64,000 nucleotides of DNA from an uncultured Chloroflexia bacterium (GTDB lineage Bacteria > Chloroflexota > Limnocylindria > Limnocylindrales > CSP1-4). A program made the translations under genes and the position numbers. Position 1 is the first letter of the stretch; the number at the start of each line of letters is the position of its first letter. The stretch covers positions 1,760,001 to 1,824,000 of the forward strand of contig CAWHDR010000001.1 in NCBI GenBank assembly GCA_963828165.1. Reading direction: 5' to 3'. This document shows positions 53,008 to 62,697 of this stretch, one piece after another. The notes under the pieces were generated by a model. The model was not told where the DNA came from. It searched no databases and saw nothing but the letters and a program-made list of their open reading frames with translations.

Positions 53008-53370
53008 TCAGTCGGCCGGTCGATCGCCGGCCGGGGCGCGGCGCTTCGCGACGAACGCCTCCGACTCCGTCGCGAGATCCAGCCAGGCATCGTCGGACGC
53101 CCGCTCCGAGACCGACAGCCACTCCTTCATCGGCCGGCCGTGACCCGGATCGAAGCGCTCGCCCTCACCCGCCGCGACCAGCGCGTCGACGCGTCCCCGG
53201 TCGAGCTTGACCACCAGCCGGTCCTTCACGAGCATCGCGAAGATCTTGCCGTTGGTCTTGAGCGACGTCGAACCGAACGCCTGCTGGGGTCGCGACTCGT
53301 TTCCGTACGTCGTGGCACCTTGAGCGAGGATCTTCTCGACGAGTGCCGCCCACCGTTCCTCCGCCGTCAT
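53008..53370 (-). CDS. TfoX/Sxy N-terminal-like small protein
   Basis: FG...L..NGKIFA....LVVKL, FDPG.GRPMKEW. Confidence 0.7.
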   Translation of the reverse strand: MTAEERWAALVEKILAQGATTYGNESRPQQAFGSTSLKTNGKIFAMLVKDRLVVKLDRGRVDALVAAGEGERFDPGHGRPMKEWLSVSERASDDAWLDLATESEAFVAKRRAPAGDRPAD

Positions 53371-53577
53371 GAGCCAGCCTCCAGGTGCCGGGTGGTCGCG
53401 TCACTCCGAGTGACGCACGCGTCACGAACCTGCATGAGTCGCCACCGACCTGGGCGATCTGGGCCCTCGACCACGCTCATTCATTCCCTACGTGCCACTG
53501 ATGGTGCCGCCGCAGGTCGCGCGATGCCGCCGAGGTTCATCGCCGGCCGAACCCCTCCCCGGCGCGCTCGACGAGCA

Positions 53578-54777
53578 TCACGCGCCCGCCACGACCCGGT
53601 CACTGAAGTCGCCCGAGCCCTCGTCCTTGAGGATCAGCTTGTGCCGCCCATCTGGCAGGATCTCGCGCTTGATCACGACCAGCCCGTCGTACAGCTCAGG
53701 CGTAGACGCGATGCGTGCCGTCGTGCCGCCACGCCAGTCCAGCTCGACCCCCTCCCACAGGCCGGACTTCGCCGACCGGTAGCACGCGTCCATGATCGCG
53801 TTGACGACGTACCCGTCGTAGAACGTCTCCTGGGGTGCACCACCAGCATCGATCGCGCGGAACATGTCGCTGAACATGTCCACGTAGCCGAGTTCGGACA
53901 CCTCGTCGCCGACCGGGAACAGCCACCCGGCTGACGTCTCCGCCTTCTCCGCAACGTAGCCGCCCCCGCCCCCGGCCGTGAACATCTCGAACCCGGTCCG
54001 CAGGAAGTGGTTCAGCCAGATCGTGCCGTGGGTACCGGCCACCTCGTCGCGCAGGTCCATGCCGCCGCGGAACGTCCAGCTGACCTCGAACTGCCCGATC
54101 GCTCCGGACTCGAAGCGGATCAGCGCCACCGCGTTGTCCTCGTCGGCGATGGGATGGACGAGCGTGTCGGTGTGGCACATGACGTCGACCGGCCGGTTCC
54201 CCTTGCCGACGAAGTTGCGGACGATCTCGATGCAGTGGCAGCCGAGGTCGATGATCGCCCCGCCGCCGGTGAGCCGTCCGTCCCAGAACCATGCGGAATG
54301 CGGCCCCGGATGCGTCTCGCGTGACCGGACCCAGGTCACGTCGCCGAGGGCGCCGTCCTGGACGGCCTTGATCGCCTTGAGCGTCTTGGGCGTGTAGCAC
54401 AGGTCCTCGAGATAGCCACCGAACACCCCGGCCGCCTCGACGACATCGAGCATGCGCTTCGCCTCTTCTGCGGTTCGTCCGAGGGGCTTCGTACAGAGGA
54501 TGGCCTTTCCGGCCTTCGCGGCCAGCCCGACCGCCTCCTCGTGGAGGAAGTTGGGCAGCGCGACGACCACGACGTCCGTTTCGGGATGGTTCACCGCCGC
54601 GGCCAGGTCGGCCGTCGACTCGGGGATCGACCAGCGCTCGCGGAACGCCGACCCGCGCCCCTCGCTGCGCGAGTACACGACCCGGACCTGGTCGCGGCCG
54701 CGCTGGCCGTGCAGGGTCATCGTGTAGAAGTCGGCGATGAGCCCGGTTCCCAGCATCGAGATGCGATGGCCGTCCAT
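53578..54777 (-). CDS. Gfo/Idh/MocA family oxidoreductase
   Basis: LGTGLIA, LPNFLH, CTKPLG, GGGA..DLGCH; own RBS GAGGAGG. Confidence 0.9.
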   Translation of the reverse strand: MDGHRISMLGTGLIADFYTMTLHGQRGRDQVRVVYSRSEGRGSAFRERWSIPESTADLAAAVNHPETDVVVVALPNFLHEEAVGLAAKAGKAILCTKPLGRTAEEAKRMLDVVEAAGVFGGYLEDLCYTPKTLKAIKAVQDGALGDVTWVRSRETHPGPHSAWFWDGRLTGGGAIIDLGCHCIEIVRNFVGKGNRPVDVMCHTDTLVHPIADEDNAVALIRFESGAIGQFEVSWTFRGGMDLRDEVAGTHGTIWLNHFLRTGFEMFTAGGGGGYVAEKAETSAGWLFPVGDEVSELGYVDMFSDMFRAIDAGGAPQETFYDGYVVNAIMDACYRSAKSGLWEGVELDWRGGTTARIASTPELYDGLVVIKREILPDGRHKLILKDEGSGDFSDRVVAGA

Positions 54778-54800
54778 GTGGTCCTCCTCGGGGTGAGCGG

Positions 54801-55779
54801 TCAGGTGAGGGCTCGACGGCGCGGCCGCGAACGTGAACGCGCGCGCCGGATTGGTCACGAACAGGCGGTGGCGCACCGGACTCGTCCACCCCGCCGTCGG
54901 CCAGGATGCGGGTGAAGCCAGTCGAGCAGCCACACGAGCCCCGGGTCCACCGCCGTGGACCTTGTAGTAGCGACGACGGGCAGCATCCATCCCGAGGACG
55001 ATCCGTTCGACGTGCCCATCCTCGACCATCCAGCGGATGAGCTGGAGGGTCCCGTTCGGCTCGTCGTCCTCCCAGCGGAACGAGCCGTCGTACTCGCCGT
55101 AGGCCCCGGAGGCCAGCAGCTCGCGGTGATAGCCCCGATCGACGACCTTGTCGACGTGGCTCAGCACGATGTGTCGCGCCGCGACGCCGTGGTCGCGCAG
55201 GACCCGGATCTGCTCGAGCGCGCCCGCCCCGTGCTCGCAGTGGGTGAGGATCGGGACGCCCGTTCGGCGATGGGTCTCGGCGGCGGCCTCGAACACTCGC
55301 CGGTCGCGGGGTGACAGCCCGCCCTCGGACCCGGCGACCTTCACGACGCCGGCACGGAACGCGGTCCGGCGCACGACCGGCCCGGCGTAGTCATAGGCAT
55401 CGATGCCTTCAGTGACGTCCGCCGTGAACAGGTCGGCGAGCTCCTCGACCGAGACCCGGTGGCTCCAATGCGCCGGGCCGTAGTAGCGGTCGTGATGCAG
55501 TCCCGTGGGCGCAACGACCTGCACCCCGGTCCGCTTCGAGAGGTCCGCCAGCTTGACGACGTTGCGGCCTGCATCGCACGGCATCGCATCGACCACGGAG
55601 CGCAGCCCCAGCGCGGCCGCCTCGGCCAGCTCGGTCGCCATCGCCTCGACGTCCCCGAGATCGAATTCCGGCTCGAGCTCGACCGGCCGCCCGCCGTCGA
55701 TGACGAGGTGCTCGTGGGCGTAGGTCACCCCGAGCTCCTCGGGGGCGATGTCACCGAGCACGGTCCGGACGGAGGTCAT
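54801..55779 (-). CDS. Phosphotriesterase-family (PHP/aryldialkylphosphatase) metallohydrolase; 3' end disturbed by indels
   Basis: VRTVLG....LG.T..HEHL, GRN, THC, LSH.D, L..D, NPAR; stop position uncertain. Confidence 0.85.
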
Positions 55780-57128
55780 CGCACGATCGCCTCCGGCGCG
55801 TCGGCGACTTCCAGGATCGCGCCGTCGGCCCGCAGTCGATCGCGCAGGGCGCTCACCTCGACCTCGCGCGGATCGCGCCCGCCGGCCACCGACAGGGCCG
55901 CCGCGGTGCCCGCCGCCTGGCCCATCGCCATGCACTGGGCCATCGAGCGGACCGACGCGTGCGCGTCGTGGGTCGCGCTGAAACAACGGCCGGCGACCAG
56001 GACGTTCGCGGCGTCGCGGACCACGAGCGTCCGGTACGGGATCCCGACGGCCGCGCCGTCCGGCAGGTACTGCCAGACAGTGCCCGCGCCGCCGTGGTGG
56101 TCCTCGATGGGCGCACCGCACAGGCCGATGCCGTCGTCGAAGGCACGCGCGCCCAGGACGTCGTCCCGGGTCAACCGGTAATCGCCGTAGACGCGCCGGG
56201 TCTCGCGGACCCCGATCTGCGTCCCGAGCGCGACCAGTGACGCACCTTCGTACCCGGGCACGCGATCGACGAGGAACCGGACGTACTCGAGCGCCTGGCG
56301 CCGGCCGGCGATCTCAGCATCGGTCAGGAACCACGGGTCCGTCGCGTTGACGAGGCGGCCGTCGGTTTCGCGCCGGACCGAATCGAGTCTGGTCATGATC
56401 GTGGCCGTCACGCCGTCGATCGGGGTGATGTGGTCGCTGCCCTCGCGCCGAGGCAGGTCGTAGTCGCCCGAGTCCGCGGCCTCGGCCATCAGCCGGTGGA
56501 AATCGGCCTTGGGGATCGCGCGCCGCCGCTCGAGGTCGACGTTGGCCATGCGGAACGTCGTCGTCAGGGTCTGGGCCGGATCGACCTCACCCGCCGTCTC
56601 GTAGCCGAACCCCGCGAATGCGCACAGGTCCGCGTCGCCGGAGGCATCCACGAAGGCCTTCGCGCGCACGCGTGCGAGGCCGGCCCGCGTCGCGACGACG
56701 AGCGCCTCGACGCGCCCATCTCGGACCTCGGCCGCCTGCACGAGCGCGTGGAGCAGGGGGCGGGCGCCGGTTCCGGTCACCAGGCGCTCCCACACGACCT
56801 TGAGGTGCTCCGCGAGATAGGTCACGCCGGTCCCAGCGCCGTACGTGTTGGGCCGCTCCACGACCGGGCCCAGCTCCCGCAGGCCCGCCACGACGTCGTC
56901 GCCGATGCCACCGACCACCTTGCGCGCGGACGAACCCGGGGTGTAGAAGCCATAGAACGTGTCGAGGACCGCGGTGCTGGTGCCGCCGAGGAACGGCAGC
57001 CGGTCGATCAGCAGGACCGAGGCGCCACCTCGGGCAGCGGCGATGGCCGCCGTCGATCCGGCGGAGCCGGAGCCCACCACGCATACGTCGACGTCGGCGA
57101 TCGTGGGTGCCCGCGTCGTGAAGGTCAC
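55776..57128 (-). CDS. FAD-dependent oxidoreductase (FAD_oxidored family)
   Basis: [42 protein letters not shown]. Confidence 0.88.
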   Translation of the reverse strand: MTFTTRAPTIADVDVCVVGSGSAGSTAAIAAARGGASVLLIDRLPFLGGTSTAVLDTFYGFYTPGSSARKVVGGIGDDVVAGLRELGPVVERPNTYGAGTGVTYLAEHLKVVWERLVTGTGARPLLHALVQAAEVRDGRVEALVVATRAGLARVRAKAFVDASGDADLCAFAGFGYETAGEVDPAQTLTTTFRMANVDLERRRAIPKADFHRLMAEAADSGDYDLPRREGSDHITPIDGVTATIMTRLDSVRRETDGRLVNATDPWFLTDAEIAGRRQALEYVRFLVDRVPGYEGASLVALGTQIGVRETRRVYGDYRLTRDDVLGARAFDDGIGLCGAPIEDHHGGAGTVWQYLPDGAAVGIPYRTLVVRDAANVLVAGRCFSATHDAHASVRSMAQCMAMGQAAGTAAALSVAGGRDPREVEVSALRDRLRADGAILEVADAPEAIVR

Positions 57129-57937
57129 GGCTCGGCCGTGGAAGCGGGTTCGGGGGACACGGACGTCACCGACCAGCCGCCATCGACCTTGAGCATCTGG
57201 CCCGTGACGGCCCGCGATTCGTCGGAGAGGAAGTAGATGGCCGCCTGTGCCACCTCGTCGGGGTCGAGCATCTCGCCGGCGAGCGGCTGCTTCCGGCGGG
57301 CGTAGGCGAGGATCGCCGCATCGTCGGCCGCACGCTTGGCCATCGGCGTCCGCGTCAGCGACGGTGCCACGATGTTGACCCGGATGCCGTCGGGCGCGTA
57401 GGTCGCGGCCATCGTCGTCATCAGCGCCGTGAGGGCACCCTTGGCGGCGGCGTAGGCATGGGTCGCGAACAGGTCCGGCGCGGGGTCCGTGGTCGTGACG
57501 CTGCCCATCAGCAGGATCGAACCGCGCGTCCCGGAGGCGTTGGGTGATTGCTGGAGCATCTGGCGGACGACGGCGGAGCAGACCAGCACCTGGGTCCGCA
57601 GGTTGAGGGCAGCCGTGGCCTCCCAGGCGTCGCCGCTCACCGTGTGGATCGGGCCGTCACCGAACCGACGGCCGCTGCCACCTGCGACGGAGAACAGGCC
57701 ATCGATCCTGCCGAACCGTTCGACCGTCGCGGTCACGGCGGCGCCCACCTCGGCCTCCTCGGTCAGTTCGGCCCCCGCCCACGCGGCACCCAGGCGCTCC
57801 GCGAGGCCGCGGGCGTGGTCGGCCGTGCGCGACGTGACGAAGACGCTGGCTCCTTCGGCGACGCAGCGTTCCGCGGCCGCGGCGGCGATGCCGGTGGAAC
57901 CCGTGATGAGGATCACGCGATGGCGCAGGCGGTCCAT
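57125..57937 (-). CDS. SDR family oxidoreductase
   Basis: ITGSTGI, YAAAK, IRVN, TGQ...VDGGW. Confidence 0.9.
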   Translation of the reverse strand: MDRLRHRVILITGSTGIAAAAAERCVAEGASVFVTSRTADHARGLAERLGAAWAGAELTEEAEVGAAVTATVERFGRIDGLFSVAGGSGRRFGDGPIHTVSGDAWEATAALNLRTQVLVCSAVVRQMLQQSPNASGTRGSILLMGSVTTTDPAPDLFATHAYAAAKGALTALMTTMAATYAPDGIRVNIVAPSLTRTPMAKRAADDAAILAYARRKQPLAGEMLDPDEVAQAAIYFLSDESRAVTGQMLKVDGGWSVTSVSPEPASTAEP

Positions 57938-58037
57938 GCGTCAATGATGACTCGGCGGCCGAGTCGGGACGCAGTCGCGCGGGCCCTGCCTGGCCGCGGT
58001 GCGTCGCCGCACGTCCTGCGCTAGCATCGCTGGCATC

Positions 58038-59498
58038 ATGGAGGCACTCGCTACACCCCTTCTCGAAGAGGCCACGGGCGGTCGGGACGTCCTCCTCGAG
58101 ATGGACCTCCGCCGCGGCCAGCTCCGTCGCAACCTGCGTTGCGCCATTCGCGAGGCGATCCAGGACGGCCGGCTTGCCACGGGCACGCGCCTGCCTTCCT
58201 CGCGCCGGCTCGCCACGGACCTGCGGGTGTCGCGCGGGGTCGTCGCCGACACCTATGACCAGCTGACCGCGGAGGGCTATCTCGAGACCCAGCCGCGCCA
58301 GGCGCCCCTCGTCGCGGGCGTGGGTGCCGCGCCGCCGATCGCCGCCGAGCCGGCCCGCCCTAGCTGGGCCGTCGACTTCATCGCCACCACTCCGGACGTG
58401 GAGCTGTTCCCTCGTCGGGCCTGGATCCGCGCCGCGGAGCGAGCGCTGCGAGACGCCCCCAATGAAGCGTTCGACTACGGCGATCACCGCGGTCGCATCG
58501 AGCTCCGTCGGGCGCTCAGCGGCTACCTCGGCCGAGTTCGCGGCGTCCGTATCGAACCCGAGCGGATGGTCATCACCCAGGGCTTCACCCAGGGTCTCGA
58601 TCTCCTTGCGCGGGTGCTCCTGGCGCGCGGCTCGATGGAGATCGCGTTCGAGGCTCCGTCCCAGCCGACCGGCTGGGCCACCCCGGAGGCGGTGGGGCTG
58701 CGCGTGGTGGGTGTCCCGGTCGATGGCGATGGTGTCCGGACGGATGCGCTGGACGCGCTCGGCGCGGCCGCCATCGTCGTGACGCCGGCGCACCAGTTCC
58801 CGACGGGCGCCGTGATGGCGCCGGAGCGGCGCGCGGACCTCGTCGCGTGGGCCAACCGAGCGGACCGGCTCATCATCGAGGACGACTACGACGCCGAGTA
58901 CCGCTACGACCGCAACGCCATCGGCGCGATCCAGGGCCTGGATCCGTGCCGCGTGATCCACATCGGGACGGCCTCGAAGACGCTGGCGCCGGGCATCCGC
59001 CTGGGCTGGATGAGCCTGCCGGACACGCTGATCGACGAGGTTCGCGCCGCGAAGGCCGCTCAGGACTCCGGTTCTCCGTCGATCGAGCAGCTCGCGCTCG
59101 CCGCGCTCATCGACAGCGGCGACTACGACCGCCACGTGGCGCGTGCACGCCACGTCTACCGGCAGCGGCGCGACGCGCTGATCGCGGCGCTCGGCCGGCA
59201 CCTGCCCGGGCTCACCATCCAGGGCGCCGCGGCGGGACTGCACGTCCTGCTTCGATTGGCCGACGACGTGGACGACGTCGCGATCGCGGCCGCAGCCGCG
59301 GAGCGCGGGATCGGGATCAACCCGCTCTCGCCGATGTCACGCTCTGGCGCGCCGAGACGCGGGCTCGTGCTGGGCTACAGCCGATTGACGGTGGAACGGA
59401 TCGAGACGGCGGTGGGCGCCCTGGCGGTCGTACTCGCGGATGCCGGGGTGACCGCGCCGGGCCGCCCGGTTGCCTCAGCTCAGGCCTCGTCCTCGTAG
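58038..59498 (+). CDS. MocR/PdxR family regulator (GntR wHTH + PLP aminotransferase domain)
   Basis: LPSSR.LA..L.VSR..V...Y.QL..EGY, TP.HQFPTG, EDDYD, SKTLAPG.RLGW. Confidence 0.93.
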   Translation: MEALATPLLEEATGGRDVLLEMDLRRGQLRRNLRCAIREAIQDGRLATGTRLPSSRRLATDLRVSRGVVADTYDQLTAEGYLETQPRQAPLVAGVGAAPPIAAEPARPSWAVDFIATTPDVELFPRRAWIRAAERALRDAPNEAFDYGDHRGRIELRRALSGYLGRVRGVRIEPERMVITQGFTQGLDLLARVLLARGSMEIAFEAPSQPTGWATPEAVGLRVVGVPVDGDGVRTDALDALGAAAIVVTPAHQFPTGAVMAPERRADLVAWANRADRLIIEDDYDAEYRYDRNAIGAIQGLDPCRVIHIGTASKTLAPGIRLGWMSLPDTLIDEVRAAKAAQDSGSPSIEQLALAALIDSGDYDRHVARARHVYRQRRDALIAALGRHLPGLTIQGAAAGLHVLLRLADDVDDVAIAAAAAERGIGINPLSPMSRSGAPRRGLVLGYSRLTVERIETAVGALAVVLADAGVTAPGRPVASAQASSS

Positions 59499-59899
59499 TC
59501 CCAGGCCCGGATGACACCGGGCTCGACCCGGATCACGACCCCGGGCGCATAGGAGGAGACCATCCGCTCGGCCGCCTCGGGGCCGTCGTAGCGCAGGGCC
59601 GTCCGCCCGAGCACGTCGTAGAAGTCGTCCCCGGACACGGTCGCCTCGCCGCGGATCTCGAAGCCCTTGTACGGCCATTCGCTGTTGGCCACGACGACCG
59701 TGACCCGCGGGTCGCGCTGGACATGGGCGACCTTGCCGCCCTCCGGGGTTGGCACCCACACGTTGATGCCCCCGTCGCGCCACTCGAACCAGACCGGCGA
59801 GAGCATCACGGTGTCGTCCTTGCGTCGCGTGGCGAGGACCGCGATGAGTGGCTGCTCGAGCAGGTCGGCGACATCTTCGGCGCGGAGGTCAGTTCGCAT
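59480..59899 (-). CDS. PPOX class (pyridoxamine 5'-phosphate oxidase-like, probable F420-dependent) protein
   Basis: LAT.R.D....SPVWF, K....RDPRV, E.RG.A. Confidence 0.85.
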   Translation of the reverse strand: MRTDLRAEDVADLLEQPLIAVLATRRKDDTVMLSPVWFEWRDGGINVWVPTPEGGKVAHVQRDPRVTVVVANSEWPYKGFEIRGEATVSGDDFYDVLGRTALRYDGPEAAERMVSSYAPGVVIRVEPGVIRAWDYEDEA

Positions 59900-60839
59900 C
59901 GGTCGGGACTCCACTGGTGGGGGAGGAGAGCCGGTTCGGTCCAAACCGTCCGAACCCGATCCGGCTGTTGACGAGCGCGATGCCCCCGACGATCAGCCCC
60001 AGCCCGGCGAGCAGGCGCCCATCGAGCGGCTCGTGGAGCACGAGCACGCCAAGGGTGACACCGAACACCGGCAGCAGGTACGCAACGACGGCCGTCCCGG
60101 CGGCACCGCGCCGGCCGAGGAGCCCGAAGAAGACGAGGTAGGCCACGCCGGACCCGAGCAATCCAAGCCACACGACCGCCAGGAGCGCCTCCGGCTCCAG
60201 GGTCAGCTCGAACGGGCGCTCAAGGACGAAGGCGAGCACGCTCGTGATCAGCAGCCCGAACCCGACCTGGAACAACGCCGGGATCATCGGCCGCAGGCCG
60301 CGCACGTTCCGCCGTGCGTAGACGGCGCCTGCCGCGTAGGAGATCGTGGCCGCGATGACGGCGAGCGCCCCGAGGAGGTCGACGCCAGCCGTAGCGGCCG
60401 GGTCGAAGCCCACGAGCAGCGCCACGCCCACGAAGCCAAGCAGCACGCCGACGACGCGTCCGACCGTCAGCGGCTCGTCGCGTAGGAAGATCGCGCCGAT
60501 CGGGATCACGAAGATCGGCACGGCGGCGTTGAGGACGGACGTCAACGTCGAGTCGACGTGCATCTCGGCCCAGGTGATGAGCGTGAATGGCACGGCGACG
60601 TTGATGGCGCCCATGACGAAGAGGTGACCGTAGATCCGCGCATCGCGCGGCAGCTGCTCACGGGCAGCGGCCACGACGACGGCAAGCAGCCCGAACCCGA
60701 TCAGCAATCGGAGCATCACGAGCGTGAATGGGGGAAGCCCCGCCTCGACGCCGATCTTGATGAACAGGAAGCTGCTGCCCCACAGGAACCCGAGGAGGAT
60801 GAAGAGGAGCCAGTCCGTGCGTGAGGTCGAAGCGGTCAT
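59889..60839 (-). CDS. DMT/EamA family transporter
   Basis: LWGSSFLFIK, P......RL, Y..PV....G...L.E. Confidence 0.9.
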   Translation of the reverse strand: MTASTSRTDWLLFILLGFLWGSSFLFIKIGVEAGLPPFTLVMLRLLIGFGLLAVVVAAAREQLPRDARIYGHLFVMGAINVAVPFTLITWAEMHVDSTLTSVLNAAVPIFVIPIGAIFLRDEPLTVGRVVGVLLGFVGVALLVGFDPAATAGVDLLGALAVIAATISYAAGAVYARRNVRGLRPMIPALFQVGFGLLITSVLAFVLERPFELTLEPEALLAVVWLGLLGSGVAYLVFFGLLGRRGAAGTAVVAYLLPVFGVTLGVLVLHEPLDGRLLAGLGLIVGGIALVNSRIGFGRFGPNRLSSPTSGVPTDAN

Positions 60840-61100
60840 GCCGCCATCGTCGCGGGCGGCTGGCTCCATGCCTAGGACCACGGAGCATGGCCTTGATGGG
60901 TCCAGTTGCCCGGACCATCCGGTCCACGTGCGTGCCGTTGACGGCGCTCCCGCGGCGGTCTATGCTCGGCGTATCCCGACGGTATCTGCGCTGCGGCGAC
61001 GCCTGCGCGCACCCCGCTCGGTCCCATGCGACCCGGACGCCCTCGCCCCAGGAAGAGTGCATCCGTCCCGCCTTCACCCATACAAGGTGACCCTGTTCAG

Positions 61101-62498
61101 ATGCCCGGACCCGGCCCCGACCAGCGCGACCGCTCCCGTAACCGACGACCCCGTCGACGTGCGCCCTTCGCCGGCGGCGGACGCGCGCCAGTAACCGAAT
61201 ACGAAGAGCAGCAGGAGCTCGAAGCCGCCAAGGAGCGGAACGACCTCGAGGTCAGCGATCTCCGCGAGATGAGCGTGACCGAGCTCAAGGCGATCGGGCG
61301 CGACCTGGAGCTCGAGACCGGATCCGCCGATCGCAAGGACGAGCTCGTCGATCAGATCCTCCAGCGCCAGACGGAGCGCGCCGGCCACGCCTACGCGACC
61401 GGCATCCTCGACATCGTCGACGAGGGCTTCGGGTTCATGCGCCGCCACGGCCTGCTGCCGAGCCCGGAGGACGTGTACGTCAGCTCCAGCCAGGTGCGCC
61501 GCTTCGGCCTGCGCATCGGCGACCGCATCTCCGGTGCCGTGCGCGCACCGCGCGAGGCGGAGAAGTACTGGGGCATGCTGCGGGTCGACGCGGTCAACGG
61601 CGTCGACACGGATACGGCTCGCCGTCGCCCGGTCTTCGGCGACCTGACCCCGGTCCACCCCGACGTCCTCATCAACCTCGAGACGGATTCCAAGAACCTC
61701 AGCCAGCGGCTGATCAATCTGGTCAATCCGATCGGCAAGGGCCAGCGTGCCCTGATCGTCAGCCCGCCCAAGGCCGGCAAGACGATGCTCCTCAAGCAGA
61801 TCGCCAACGGCGTGAGCGCGAACTACCCGGAGATCCTGCTCATGGTCGCGCTCATCGGCGAGCGCCCCGAGGAAGTCACGGACATGCGCCGCAGCGTCAA
61901 GGGCGAGGTCATCTCCTCGACGTTCGACGAGCCGACCGAGAACCACACGCACGTCGCCGAGATGGCCCTCGAGATCGCCAAGCGCCAGGTCGAAACCGGG
62001 CGCGACGTCGTGATCCTGCTCGACTCCATCACGCGACTCGCACGTGCCTACAACCTCGCGCTGCCGCCCAGCGGCCGAACGCTGTCCGGTGGCATCGACC
62101 CGATCGCGCTGTACCCGCCCAAGCGGTTCTTCGGTGCCGCCCGGAACATCGAGGAGGGCGGCTCGCTCACGATCATCGGCACCTGCCTGGTCGACACCGG
62201 ATCGCGCATGGACGACGTGATCTACGAGGAATTCAAGGGCACCGGCAACTCGGAGCTCATCCTCGATCGGAAGCTCGCCGAGAAGCGAATCTTCCCGTCG
62301 ATCGACGTGCAGCGCTCGGGCACCCGCCGTGAGGAGCTGCTGCTCGAGGAAGGCACACTCAAGATGGTCTGGACGATGCGCCGGATGCTGTCGGCGGTCG
62401 GGACCAACGAGGGCATCGAGATCCTGCTCAACCGCCTTTCGAAGACGCAATCGAACGCGGATTTCCTCGCGTCGCTCACGAAGAACCTCGACGCCTGA
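61101..62498 (+). CDS. rho: Transcription termination factor Rho
   Basis: GFGF.R, DVYVS.SQ.RRF.L, PIGKGQR.LIVSPPKAGKT, ERPEEVTD, DSITRLARAYN, EFKGTGN; start uncertain. Confidence 0.98.
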   Translation: MPGPGPDQRDRSRNRRPRRRAPFAGGGRAPVTEYEEQQELEAAKERNDLEVSDLREMSVTELKAIGRDLELETGSADRKDELVDQILQRQTERAGHAYATGILDIVDEGFGFMRRHGLLPSPEDVYVSSSQVRRFGLRIGDRISGAVRAPREAEKYWGMLRVDAVNGVDTDTARRRPVFGDLTPVHPDVLINLETDSKNLSQRLINLVNPIGKGQRALIVSPPKAGKTMLLKQIANGVSANYPEILLMVALIGERPEEVTDMRRSVKGEVISSTFDEPTENHTHVAEMALEIAKRQVETGRDVVILLDSITRLARAYNLALPPSGRTLSGGIDPIALYPPKRFFGAARNIEEGGSLTIIGTCLVDTGSRMDDVIYEEFKGTGNSELILDRKLAEKRIFPSIDVQRSGTRREELLLEEGTLKMVWTMRRMLSAVGTNEGIEILLNRLSKTQSNADFLASLTKNLDA

Positions 62499-62697
62499 CC
62501 TCTGGGAGGTTTGCAACCTCCGTGATCAGCGTGTTACGGTGTCTAACGATGTCGTAAGCCCGTTGTGATGCGGGCGCGGCCGCGAAGAGAGACCCCCAGC
62601 TCGATACCGCGACCCCGGACGGACCCATTCACGAGTCCCCCCACCCCACGCGCGTCCCCCAGCGCCTCGGGTTCGTCCAAATCGTCAGGAGACCGTA

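Noticed and set aside
53578-56121. 847-aa ORF suggesting a phosphotriesterase-Gfo/Idh/MocA fusion
   Set aside because: The Gfo part has its own GAGGAGG and ATG, an out-of-frame TGA lies just upstream, and nearby insertions show local sequence error, so two genes are more likely
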